NCBI GenBank assembly: GCA_029953675.1
Contig: JAMWBK010000006.1
Span: 62,001 to 126,000, forward strand
Direction of reading: 5' to 3'
DNA from: Rhodosorus marinus CCMP1338
Taxonomy: Eukaryota > Plantae > Rhodophyta
Length of the DNA: 64,000 nt
Shown here: positions 1 through 10,870 of the stretch, one piece after another
How the letters are laid out: each line of letters opens with the position of its first letter
Numbering within the stretch: position 1 is the first letter of the stretch
Notes under the pieces: model-generated
What the model was told of the DNA's origin: nothing
Seen by the model: only the letters and a program-made list of their open reading frames with translations
Databases searched by the model: none
Made by a program: the position numbers and the translations under genes

Positions 1-181
1 TCCCGGAACGAAATCGTTTTGTGCTTAATGAACTTCCTCCGAGGACCGTTCTTCTGTTTACGATAGTCTGTTGATGATTGTGCGGTTTATGATTGTTCGG
101 TTTATGATAATCGATCGGTGTATGTACAAATTTAATAAACTAAGGTAAAAATATTTCTGCTCAAAAGGGGGCCGAAACCGC

Positions 182-2443
182 TCAGGGGGAGGCTGGGCCA
201 AGAACTCCCCGCAGGAATGCAATTTCCGCGCTAACTGTGTTGCTGACCTGCAACACAGCCACGAGCAACCACAAGATGAGGAGGAAAGACAGGATCAGGA
301 TCACATTCATAGCCAGGCTACTAGCATCGTGGACCTCTTCAATTTCTTCATCCTCCACAAGCTTTTGCAATGTTGGTTTGGTTCTCTTCGTCGATTGGGG
401 CCGTTTACCACGAGAAGCCACTCTGCTCTTTGCGTTGGAGGTAACCTTAGAGGGTTTCGGCTTTGCAACAAATGCCGCGCACATAGCCTGCGCAATCTTC
501 AGCAGCTTCGCGTAAGAAACAGTAACGTCCGCAACAGCACCCTTCTCGATCCTGTTCTTGAACATACTTTTTCCCAGCCAATAGACGGCAACAGAAGCGC
601 GAACTTCAGTTGCATCTGTCCCCTTCGGAGAAAATTCCCAGAAGCTCTGAACCCGGAAGGATGCACCGGTAGGTACATCTGGGTTATAGAGCTCAACCTC
701 GTAGAGGTATCCACCACCGCTCGAGAAGCTCAAATAATGAGTCTCGTAGCATTGCACGACTTTGTTCACCATAGCAATGCTAAGAGGCTTCTTATAGGTC
801 AATTCCCTGGTTCGATGCCCATCCTTGTACTCCCATGGTTTCATGATTGACTCATGCTCTCCGGCGATCTGAAAATAGCGGTGGTAGAGTTCTTCCGCCC
901 CTTTACCATAGAAGAGTGCTGTCAGCACAGCTTTGGGATGGCATGGCATGACATCTCGAGCCACCTCCTGTCGTTCTCGATAAGTCTGCAGCTTCGGCTT
1001 GTCGAACAAGTCCAAGCCATCAACCGCCCACTGCAGTTTCTCCGCTGGTGGTTCAGACGTATCATCCACGGTCGTCCCCTGAACTGCATTCGTCTCCCCA
1101 CCCTGGGAGTCTTCCGCGGAGTTTGGTTCGGCTGCTCCTGGGGGGTTGCTAGCAGCAACGTCTGATGGCACTTGCTGGGAAACCTCCGAGTCGCTTACAT
1201 CTGACCGTGGGAACGACTGGGTCGTTGGCTGCGGAGCCAGGGCCAACCTCCGCTGGTTCTTCTCGGCAACCTGCTTTCGCGCTCCTTCAGTGTAAAACTC
1301 CAAGAGCTTTGCATACGTTGTTGGTGTGTCGTTTAGAGTCCCGCTCTCGATTCTATTCCGCAGCAGGTTTCGTGTCAGGAAGTTGATAGCTACGTAAGCA
1401 GTACAAATCGTATACTCAGCGCCATCATGGTGGAACTCAAAGAAGTTCTCAACTCTAAAAGAGTCGCCCAGAGGAACGTCCCGATTGTGAAGCTCCGACT
1501 CGAGCCGAAATCCATCGCTCGTGAATGTTAGAAACGACTTTTCCTCCACTCTCGTCTGTTTCGGACCTATTGAGTACTGCAGCTTCTTCGTAAACGAACC
1601 CCTCCGCTCACGATGCCCCTCGACAGTCAACCAATCCGTGATTTTTACGTCCCAGTCACCCATCTTCGCCTCGTGGAATTCCCTGTATGCGTTCGCACCG
1701 TCAGTATATATGTAAGCGAACAAGTCCCTTGCATTGATGTGCAAACGCATTTGAAGCACTTGCTTTCGATTCGCGTATGCTTTTCCGTGCTTATAGTCGA
1801 TGACATCCCCCTTTTGTATCCACATATAATCCTCTTCCCCCGCTACGGCGGAATCGATTTGGTCGGCGTCTTCTTCACTAGAATCCGCACGATCCTTTGC
1901 TTCAAGGTACTGAGTATCACTAAGCTCAGAACCGGGTTCAGCCTCACCAGTGGGTGTCAACGCCGTCCCATCCACCGCAACCAGCGTTTGCTCCAGGGTC
2001 AACTCAGTTCTTGACGCGTCCGAGCCGACAGGCGGCGCTAGTCCTCTGCCAGTGCCCTTTTGACCGTTCAAAAGTTTGTCAACTAGCATCAACGCTGGGG
2101 TGAGGTTCTTGTTCTCGAAAGCTACGAAGCAATTCTGCACCCCGTTCGTCATCACGAGCACAAGCTGCTTTACACCCTTCTTCGCTGTGGTCACATGCGA
2201 GATTTGCTCCCTTGGCCAGATCTCTCTGAAGGTCCCGACCAGCTTTGAGAAAAAAGCAACGGCAGAATCAAACACTAGTAATGATCCCTTGATCGGAAGC
2301 TTTCCAAGAAATATACACGAAAACTTGCCGAGGAGGACACTATCCGTAGGCAAGCCCAGCCGACCTGACCATTTCTTCCCGTCAGTCCTCTTCGGAGAGC
2401 TGGTAATCACGACAGCTGATTTAACATCGTCACCGCTACTCAT
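182..2443 (-). CDS. GRAM + tandem VASt (StART-like) sterol transfer protein with C-terminal TM helix (LAM/GRAMD1/VAD1-like)
   Basis: 755-aa ORF (first ATG at 2443; the track start at 2449 is GTG). N-terminal GRAM-like segment (GKFSC...IKGSLLVFDSAVAFFSKL), two repeats carrying the VASt motifs DVPLGDSFRVE and DVPTGASFRVQ, and a hydrophobic C-terminus (VILILSFLLILWLLVAVL). An upstream exon is possible. Confidence 0.8.
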   Translation of the reverse strand: MSSGDDVKSAVVITSSPKRTDGKKWSGRLGLPTDSVLLGKFSCIFLGKLPIKGSLLVFDSAVAFFSKLVGTFREIWPREQISHVTTAKKGVKQLVLVMTNGVQNCFVAFENKNLTPALMLVDKLLNGQKGTGRGLAPPVGSDASRTELTLEQTLVAVDGTALTPTGEAEPGSELSDTQYLEAKDRADSSEEDADQIDSAVAGEEDYMWIQKGDVIDYKHGKAYANRKQVLQMRLHINARDLFAYIYTDGANAYREFHEAKMGDWDVKITDWLTVEGHRERRGSFTKKLQYSIGPKQTRVEEKSFLTFTSDGFRLESELHNRDVPLGDSFRVENFFEFHHDGAEYTICTAYVAINFLTRNLLRNRIESGTLNDTPTTYAKLLEFYTEGARKQVAEKNQRRLALAPQPTTQSFPRSDVSDSEVSQQVPSDVAASNPPGAAEPNSAEDSQGGETNAVQGTTVDDTSEPPAEKLQWAVDGLDLFDKPKLQTYRERQEVARDVMPCHPKAVLTALFYGKGAEELYHRYFQIAGEHESIMKPWEYKDGHRTRELTYKKPLSIAMVNKVVQCYETHYLSFSSGGGYLYEVELYNPDVPTGASFRVQSFWEFSPKGTDATEVRASVAVYWLGKSMFKNRIEKGAVADVTVSYAKLLKIAQAMCAAFVAKPKPSKVTSNAKSRVASRGKRPQSTKRTKPTLQKLVEDEEIEEVHDASSLAMNVILILSFLLILWLLVAVLQVSNTVSAEIAFLRGVLGPASP

Positions 2444-4555
2444 CTTCACCTTAATGCTGTTCTAGACAATATCAACGTACAACCACCTCATAAGCTCCTC
2501 ATACTCCACCTCGCACCTTACAAGGCCTCACGCGCAAACCGCTGACGTGCTACGAAAGCTGAAGGCTTTAAATCTCCGAAAGGATTGTGCGTCCGAAGGA
2601 CACTAAAGCGTGATGACATCTCCCCACACAGCCCGACAGATCGACCAATTTGCTAAACCAAGAACGAACTGTTGTAAAAGCCGTATATTTGAAACCCTTT
2701 GGACACGACAATACCACTCTCGGCCGATTTCAACTGAGCATTTGGGCAAGAAAGCAGTTTGTTGTCTAGTTTAGACACGTACATCCTAATATTACGAACA
2801 TCTGCGACGGTTAATTTTCAGCACCTCATTTTCATTGTTCGGGTCCTGCAAAACAGCATCGTCTGCTGAATTACGAGCGAAGAAATTTCATAAACTTTCA
2901 AGACAAACTAGGAACGCGGGGATTCTAATTTTCACGAGACCCTCCGGACGCTTGACAAGGAGGACTTTTGGAGTTCCAGCAGTTGTGGTTCTCGAGGAAT
3001 GTAGATTCACAAAATATCGGGGCGGGCACGGGCTGAAGAAATTGTTTTTATATTTTTATGGTTTTAAAAAAAAAAAGAGTCTGCTGTGCAGATGGTGGGC
3101 TTCCAACCCCCCTAGTCTCTTCCACAAATAGATAGACTAGCTCGCAAGCGAAAGGGAGGTATTTGGTTCGTGGGACTTGACTGACTGGCGTTGGAGAATG
3201 ATCCTCGTTTCTTGACGTTTTCTAATTAACAGCACATGTTTCTTCCAGTCTGCGATTGAGGAACGTAGAAACGGAAACAGCCCGCATGGAGGAAGTGATA
3301 GCCCAAAAGTTGGATCCAGGGATGCGTTAGTCTGGGGTTCCTTTAGAAACTGGAGCGTAAATTTTTAACTGTAAGCACCAGAAAGGGAGAGCAGAGGATC
3401 CGACTTTTTTCCGAGTTCCGAAACATGCTTGTATTCTATGATTGTGGACGGCCTATGCTCAGCGGCGCGCGTGCCACTGGAGGCTAGATCCATGGCGGGG
3501 CAGAACGCTGTACTCTAGACATAGAAGGTCTTTGTCGATGTCAGGTTTTGTACGCTGCGATGACGAGTTGATCGGCAGAGGAAGAACAAGCCTGAGCTGG
3601 ACGTAGCGGAGGCCAACGGAACGAGCAGAATCGACGCCGTGCAAATAATCAAGAGATATTCCTGCGCTTTTGCGTGTGATTAGTGGGCTCATCATTTTCC
3701 TTAGTACAACCGTCGCATCTCTCGCCCTGCAAAGTAAATTAGCGAATCCGAGCTCCTCCCCTTTAAAGCAGTCAAAATTCATTGACTCAAATTCATTAGC
3801 TTTACATATTAGCGGAAAGATTTGAGTTTCCCCTTTGAATACGAGAGAATACAACGTGATCACCAAATTCTTCTGTGCAAGGTTTCCCACCCCAAAAACG
3901 AAATATGTTTGACAGTTGGCTTCGTTCTTTTCGGAAAAGGGTTTTGGTTGCATGGTTCATGCTACTACGCTAGGCCGACTATTGAGGTTGTTCAGGGCAG
4001 CCAGACCTTTTCACCGTTTTTACACTTTCTATACCACTCTTGACAAACACACAACTTTTTGCTTTGCTCTGGTGGCAGGAGTTTGTCCAAAGGACCTGGA
4101 TCGCGAAAAGATCCGAAACCACACCATAAACCACCTCCGAATGCCGGTACCAGGGTCAACCCGCTGACTGGGTAGGAAAAGCCTTCCAACGTTGTTCTTT
4201 TGGTGGTTTGGCTCTCAACTGCACTCTGCGCTTCAGGAAGACAATCAAATTGGATAGCTCAATCAAGCAAGCAACTGAAAGTGGACAGATTGTCTTTCGC
4301 ACTTTGGTTGGTGTGCAACGTCGGGAAGGAGCAAGTAAGACCTCAGGAGTTTAGCCAGCGTACAAAATATAGTACGGCCAAGATAACCCCAGGCAAGATA
4401 TAGTACAGCCCGGGCTAATAATAGTAGTCTATCAAGCCCAGAGCATGACCCTTAAGCCTATAAATACGGAAGCTACGACCTCCTCAGGATCAGAGCTATA
4501 AAAGATGGTATCCAAGATAAGAAAAACATATAAAACAGGGTGATTTAAACATAAT

Positions 4556-4795
4556 TGTGAGGAACTCCCCGGACAGACTGTATTTTCACTCCCTATTTTT
4601 AGATTGACGTCTAGCATCCAGCACTTACTTTTAGGTTACAGTTTACAGTACTTTCACTCCCTATTTTTAGATTCACGTTTAGTCTCCAGCACTTACTTTT
4701 AGGTTAGAGCAGGTCACTGTAAACTATGACCCAGCTTTGCTAGATCTTGAGACCTAGAATTGAGTAAAGACAAGTTGGTTCGAAGAGTTCTAACA
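4556..4795 (+). repeat. 5' LTR (240 bp, TG...CA) with internal 55-bp duplication
   Basis: TGTGAGGAACTCCCC...GTTCTAACA; homologous to 9078-9280; duplicated units at 4584-4638 and 4652-4706. Confidence 0.93.
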
Positions 4796-4799
4796 TATT

Positions 4800-4817
4800 T
4801 GGTCTCATCGCCGGAAG
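4800..4817 (+). promoter_or_regulatory. Primer binding site (tRNA-Tyr-like, inferred)
   Basis: TGGTCTCATCGCCGGAA 4 nt after the LTR end; complementary to a tRNA 3' end ...CGATGAG-A-CCA. G72/A73 are eukaryotic tRNA-Tyr identity elements. Confidence 0.75.
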
Positions 4818-4867
4818 GAAAAGCGAGTAAGGGAAGGAAAGGGAGAGAACCAGGAGCCGACTTCACA

Positions 4868-5605
4868 ATGGCAACATTTGCGATTCCTTAACCCGAACCA
4901 TACGACGGGCGGCGGGACTTTGCAAAGGTTCAAACGTTTTTGGCGTCGCTCCGAGGTTATTTACAGTTCCACAACGTTGATGACGCAGGGCGCCAGACGG
5001 TCCGGTACGCGGGTCTCTTCCTCAAGGACCAAGCCCAGACGTGGTACCAAGGGCTTCCGCGATCGTCGGATGGTTTGCCAACGACCTTGGAATCGATAGA
5101 CGACTTCGAGCAGGCCCTGTGTGCACAGTTCCAGCCTCAGGATCATGTGGAGAGGATAAGGACAAAACTACGGACCGCCCGACAACGTGGCCAGGAGGTG
5201 GGCCGTTTTGTAGACTGCTTGGATGAACTATTCCTGCAATTGGGCGACGAAATTGCAGATTCTGAGAAACTGGAGCGTTTTAAGGCAGGATTGACGGGAC
5301 ACGCACGAGATTTCGTGTACTTCAGTCGCCCCCGGACGTATGCAGAGGCGAAGACGGTCGCCCTTAGCATTGCAGGCGCGCGCGGAGGACAGGCCGGACG
5401 ACCCACACAGCCCCCAACACAGCCCCACCGGAAAACTTCAGGATCCCCTCCGGTTCAACCAACACGACCCCACACGCGAAGCATGGGAGTGCCACCGACC
5501 AGCTACCTATGCCGCGAGGTGGGGCATATGAAACGAGATTGTCCGCAACGACTAGCCTATCTCCAGGCGGAGGTAGAGCGCCTGTCGCGGCTTCAGGAAA
5601 ACTGA
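4868..5605 (+). pseudogene. gag: gypsy gag with premature stop and broken zinc knuckle
   Basis: ATG at 4868 reads MATFAIP*PEPYDG (TAA at 4889-4891), in frame with the 221-aa ORF. Capsid-like LRTARQRGQEVGRFV...KLERFKAGL. Knuckle SYLCREVGHMKRDC has the first Cys as Ser. Confidence 0.85.
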
Positions 5606-8600
5606 ATGACTCCGGGCGAGGGATGCCGTCCGAGAGTCAGACAACTAGCATCCCGCCCACCGTCGAGCTGCAACGACGGGATGATATGCTCATTGCAGCA
5701 GGGTCTATCGCAGGCAGACCAGTGGAGTGTTTGATAGACACTGGGGCTATCACTGCGATTCGGGAAAATGTGGTGGACGAGGTCAAATTACCCCGACGCT
5801 TGGATCCACGCGCATACGGGCTAGCAGTTGACAACATTACCGTTACGAGCCCGAGTTCGACGAGTGCGACAGTCGAGTTAAGCGGGAAAACCTTTGAGAC
5901 CCCGCTACGTGTATTTAAGGATTTAAGTCACGATGTATACATCGGCCTTGGCTTCCTGAGACAACACGGACTAACTCTAGACTGCAGCGCTAAGCCGCCA
6001 CAGCTGGTGATAAAAGCGAAGGATCCAGGTATACGTGGGATCCCAACAACGGAATCAAAGGTAAAGAAGGAAAAGGGCATCGTGAAGGAGACGGTGCGGT
6101 TAACGGTCATGGACACCGAAGATGACATCGGGGAAAGTAACACTGACGAAGGGTATGCAGGGTTCGGTGATAACAAGGGAAGCGGAAAGGATCGGAGCAG
6201 CAAGGAAAAAGGGCTTGGCGAGATCATCCGGAAAGAATTTCCTCGCGTCTTCCAAGACACGTTACCGCTGCCACCGAGTAACCGACTACCATATGCGATT
6301 AAAATTGAATTGGAACCTGGAACGTGTCCTCCCGCCCAGCGTGCTTATCCGATGTCACTTATAGATCGGGGACGTCTACAAGGGAAGTTGAAGGAGTTAG
6401 AACAGCAAGGTTTCATATCCCGAAGACAGAGTCCATTTGCGGCACCGGTCTTATACGTCGACAAGAAGGACGGGGGAAGACGCCTGTGCGTGGACTACCG
6501 CCGGCTGAACAACATCACCGTAAGAGAAAGGACAACTCCGCCAAGAGTCGAGGAACTCATGGACACGTTGAGTAACGCCCGGGTGTTCACAACGTTGGAT
6601 CTCCGGTCCGGCTACTGGCAACTTCCTATTGACCCATCCTCATGGGAAAAGACTGCGTTCACGACGTGCTTTGGACAGTACCAGTGGAATTTCATGCCGT
6701 TTGGATTGAAGAATGCACCCTCGGTCTTCATTCGCTACCTGACGGATGTATTGTACGACTTCATCAACGAATGCGTGGTGTTGTACGTCGACGATATACT
6801 GATTTACTCGGCGACTGAGGAGGACCACGAGAAAGATGTCCGACGGGTACTACGACAACTAGAGCAGCATCAACTAGTTGTCAAAGATTCGAAGTGTCAG
6901 TTCGGAGGACGTGAAGTTTGCTACCTGGGCCAAATATTGGCGGGAGGCACTCGCCGCCCCGACCCAAGGAAGGTGGAGACTATTCAGCGTTGGAAGGCCC
7001 CAACCACTATCAAAGAATTACGGGCGTTCATGGGATTCGCAAACTTCCTACGACCGTTTGTCCCTCACTTTGCGTCAATGGCTGCACCACTCCACGCCCT
7101 AACGAAGAAAAACAAGCACCTGGATATGGCAACATGACGAACAGAAAGCGTTCGAGGCATTGAAAAAGGCAATAGCAGACACCGCCTTGCTATATATGGT
7201 TGATCCTACGCTTCCGTTTATTATTCAAACGGATGTCAGCGACACCGGAGTTGGAGGTATTCTCTCTCAAAAACAAGGCGACCAGGAGGTTCCAGTGGCA
7301 TACATGTCGCGGTCGTTCAATGCAATGGAACTTCGCTACAGCATGTACGAGAAGGAGTTATATGCCATCGTACTGGCCGTACGACAGTGGTCAATCTACC
7401 TGGATGGGCAACATTTCACGGTGCGCACGGATCACAACCCGTTGCACTTCCTCCAAACCCAGACAACGCTCACCAGGCGACAAGGCCGCTATGTCAATAC
7501 GCTCTTACCATATTCATTTACGATCGAGCATGTACGGGGCAGTCTCAATATCGCGGACGCCCTCAGCCGCGACGCACTACGGGCGATCCGCGTGACATCA
7601 GCTGCCGGCTGGACTCAAGACTACGAAGCTGACGCGGAGTTCTCCACGCAATTCCGCAGCCCTAGGCAGTTTGAAAGTTTTCAACGGAAGGGGGGACTGC
7701 TATTCTTGCATGCACGACTTTGTGTACCAAAAAATCGTATCAGTGAAGTCATCGACGCACACCACCAATCTGTCACGGCAGGGCACTTTGGAGCCCACGC
7801 GACCTACCGAGTAATTCGACGACGTTACTACTGGCCTACAATGCGCAAGGATGTCTTCACCCGCGTCCAACAATGCTCGGTTTGTGCACGGGAACAACCG
7901 CTGCGTCGGCATCAAGGGGAACTACAACCCCTCCCGATACCGAAACAACGGGCCTCTGATTGGACGATGGATTTCATCACCGCATTTCCCAACGTCGAGG
8001 GATATGATGCCATTCTGGTGGTCGTTGACCGGCTTACGAAGTATGCCGTGTTCATGCCCACAACAAAGACGGTGACTGCAGAAGAGGTGGCAGCGCTGAT
8101 CGTGAAGAATATTATCGCGTGGTTCGGACTACCACGAAGTTTCGTCACCGATCGTGATAAGGTCTTTACCGCCACATTCTGGCGCCACCTGATGCAAATA
8201 ATGGGGATTGACCACCTACTGTCGACGGCGTATCACCCTGAAACGGATGGGCAAACAGAACGCGTCAACCATACCCTCCAGATTATGCTGAGATGCTGTT
8301 GTACGAGCCACACTTGGGTACAGAGTTTACCCCTGCTTCAACTGGCGTATAATAATCATACTTCAGCGAGTACCGGATATTCCCCATATTTCTTGTTAAC
8401 AGGAGGGCACCCGTGGCTCAATTTGGACACCTCAACCCCTTCTACTACGATTCATAGTCTGGCCGATGCTGCTACTGCATTCTCGCAACGTCAACAACGA
8501 ATCCTCGCTGACGCACGAAAATCCATGGCCCTGGCGCAGGAGTTGTACACGGAACAGGCAAATTCACGACGTCATCCCAAAGTCTTCAATACCGGAGACA

Positions 8601-9034
8601 ACGTTTATTTGTCAACGCGAAATCTATCCCTGGACGGCCCAACACGCTTTCAACCTCGATGGTTGGGTCCATTCCCCATCACTGCTAAACATTCCGATGT
8701 GGTCTATACTCTGCAGTTACCAGATGAGATGCGGATCCATCCAACCTTCCACGTCTCATTGTTGAAAAGTGTACCACCTACTTCCACGACGCCGGTTGTA
8801 CACAGTCTACCTATCCAGTCACACCTACCCTCAACCCAGCCTATCCTCTCGATCTTGAACATGAGGAATACCAATGAGGGGCTTCGGGAATTCCTATGCT
8901 ACCGCGAACATTAATGCTGGACCGATGCAACCTGGATCGCTGAACCAGACTACCCAACCGATCTCCAATCTCGGCGCCGACTCCGCCACTACCTGAACTA
9001 TCGGAAAGTACTGGATGCTCTGCCTGACAGTTGA
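5596..9034 (+). pseudogene. pol: gypsy pol (PR-RT-RNaseH-integrase-chromodomain), in the -1 frame relative to gag
   Basis: PR LIDTGA; RT KKDGGRRLCVDYRRLN, LDLRSGYWQ, YVDD; RH QTDVSD; IN HHCC zinc motif, MDFIT, ETDGQTERVN, FHVSLLK; chromodomain REFLCYREH*CWTDATW. There is a 1-bp frameshift near 7115-7120 and an in-frame TAA at 8912-8914. GGAAAAC at 5596-5602 precedes the gag stop. Confidence 0.92.
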
Positions 9035-9069
9035 AGTTGAACACTGTTGAGTTTGTACACAAACTCTGT

Positions 9070-9077
9070 GGGAGGAA
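9070..9077 (+). promoter_or_regulatory. Polypurine tract
   Basis: GGGAGGAA immediately before the 3' LTR. Confidence 0.7.
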
Positions 9078-9280
9078 AGTGAGGAACTCCCCGGACAGAC
9101 TGTATTTTCACTCCCTATCCCTACTACCTATTTTTAGATTGACGTTTAGTCTCCAGCACTTACTTTTAGGTTACAGCAGGTCATAGTTTACAGTAACCAC
9201 AAGACTATATAAGACCCAGCTTTGCTAGATCTTGAGACCTAGAATTTAGTAAAGACAAGTTGGTTCGAAGAGTTCTAACA
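9078..9280 (+). repeat. 3' LTR (203 bp)
   Basis: AGTGAGGAACTCCCC...GTTCTAACA (first base A instead of T); TATATAA at 9206-9212; followed by TSD ATAAT. Confidence 0.93.
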
Positions 9281-9499
9281 ATAATACTTGGATCCGGGAC
9301 AGCTAATAAGACCAACGTGGAGGGGGGGTGGGTTCGCTACACATGCTACATTTTACTACGATTCTACAGGTTTCTGCTTAGTTTCAATGTCCTCAACGGT
9401 CGTTAATCGTTGTTGACATAGTACAGAGCTGGGGGAAAAGGAGACGAGAAACTCAAGGGACAACTGGAACGGTAGGTTCCAACTCTCAAAGTAACTCGG

Positions 9500-10000
9500 A
9501 CACAGCTTGCAGCAGTAGCAGCAGCGGCCTCAAACGGTACACCAGGTGGGACACGAAACCACTTGGAGCCCGGTCCTCTTCCCCCGGATCCTTGCTGGGA
9601 CTCGATTTCTGTGACACTGGCCAGAAAGACCCGCTGCTTTTAACTGCCGCCCTGTCGGTCCTAGAAAACTGCGATTTCTTTCGAGTCTCCCCTCCAAACC
9701 TTGTATCCTTGTTCTCGCTTTTCAGGCACGCAATCTCCTGCGATCGGTGAAATACATTTGGAGTCTTGAACACTTGAGAATTCCGTCGAGGTCAGTACAG
9801 CTGCGTTCACGTTTCAACCACGCACCCTCTGGGCAACAAGCATAGGCGTTCTTTCGAGAACCCTGTATACGGGAGGATTCCTTGGAATTCTCGAGGTCCA
9901 GCTTGTTAGCACCTGCCATGAGTCTTGGAAAAATGCGATCCACATCTTCGCCGGTACCGTCGGAACAAAGCATTCGTTGAAAATCAATAGTGTGCAACAC
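9500..10000 (-). pseudogene. Possible degenerate retrotransposon gag remnant
   Basis: GEDVDRIFPRLMAGANKLD...IQGSRKN loosely resembles the capsid Q..GE.V..F..RL....L / GL pattern; frameshifted. Confidence 0.25.
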
Positions 10001-10211
10001 TAATTTTAGTTCCAACAAGGGAATGGAGTTTTGGGTGAAGGCTGGAGCTAGTCCCCATGCCTTCGTCAGCAGCTGGCGGCAGATACTTCGTACAAAGTTG
10101 TACTGATTCCAGCAATCCTATAGAGACTATGCGACGCGTGCACGTCGATCAACCTAGCCGACCATCACACTAGGGAGTCCTCTAGTAAAGCGTTAATCTG
10201 GGGTTTCTTTA

Positions 10212-10321
10212 GAACGTAGCATGAGGCCCCGGTAGCGGGGTTCCCGTAAGCTTTTCCCTAGATAGGGGTAGAAATAGTGATGCGCTGAAGTAGGCAGCTG
10301 CCCAGTAAAGTTTACGGTTAC
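10212..10321. repeat. 110-bp dyad-rich dispersed repeat, copy 1
   Basis: 100/110 identical, with no indels, to 55221-55330. Confidence 0.9.
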
Positions 10322-10870
10322 GCAACCCCAGAATACCGGTCTATGGTGGTGAAGACCTCCGTCAGATATTCGTGTAGGACACTGGAAAGCATTTTAGAAG
10401 GGTCTCAAACCCGGAAATGTAGATCTGTCCAAAGCGCCTGCCCTCACAGGCGTCGCTTCTCCAGATGTTTTCGTTCGAAGCACCGAATCTGACCTTCAGA
10501 TCACTTCTGCAATCTTCAGAGGGATCGAGGCCCTACTACCCCAGGAAGTACTTCCAAAGTGGGCCGATCACGTTGGGATTGGCTTGTGGGATATTGACTT
10601 CTGGGATGATGGTAGGCACTGGATGCAAGAGGACCAAAAATCTACAATTGGTAAATTTTCGTCCCAACAGTCTTTCACAAAGTTTGTAATTTCGCGATCC
10701 AAAAGATTTACTGGTATCCCAGGAGTAGGGCCTTATGGGATCCGTCCGACAACGCGCAACTGACTCGTTCGAGGCAATTGGTCAATGATCAGACAGGCGG
10801 CAACAAAAAGAGTCGATTAGCCACAACTATGTGTGCTCAAATCAACAACCGACGCTTTTTCAAGCGTCCC

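Larger units (their letters stand above)
4556..9280 (+). mobile_element. Ty3/gypsy chromovirus LTR retrotransposon, full length but mutated
   Basis: 5-bp TSD ATAAT at 4551-4555 and 9281-9285. LTRs at both ends, PBS and PPT present. Order gag-PR-RT-RH-IN-chromodomain. Confidence 0.95.

Noticed and set aside
223-2465. Numerous plus-strand ORFs over the VASt gene, and similar antisense ORFs over NIPBL, TCF25, Hint, copia (e.g. 51596-52270) and GSDH
   Set aside because: Shadow ORFs opposite real coding sequence, with no motifs of their own.
3459-4400. ORFs upstream of the gypsy element (e.g. 3459-3953 minus)
   Set aside because: Non-ATG starts or no recognisable motifs; probably decayed repeat sequence.
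10212-10321. 110-bp repeat as a hammerhead/twister ribozyme or solo LTR
   Set aside because: No CUGANGA/GAAA core on either strand in both copies, no TG...CA ends and no TSD.
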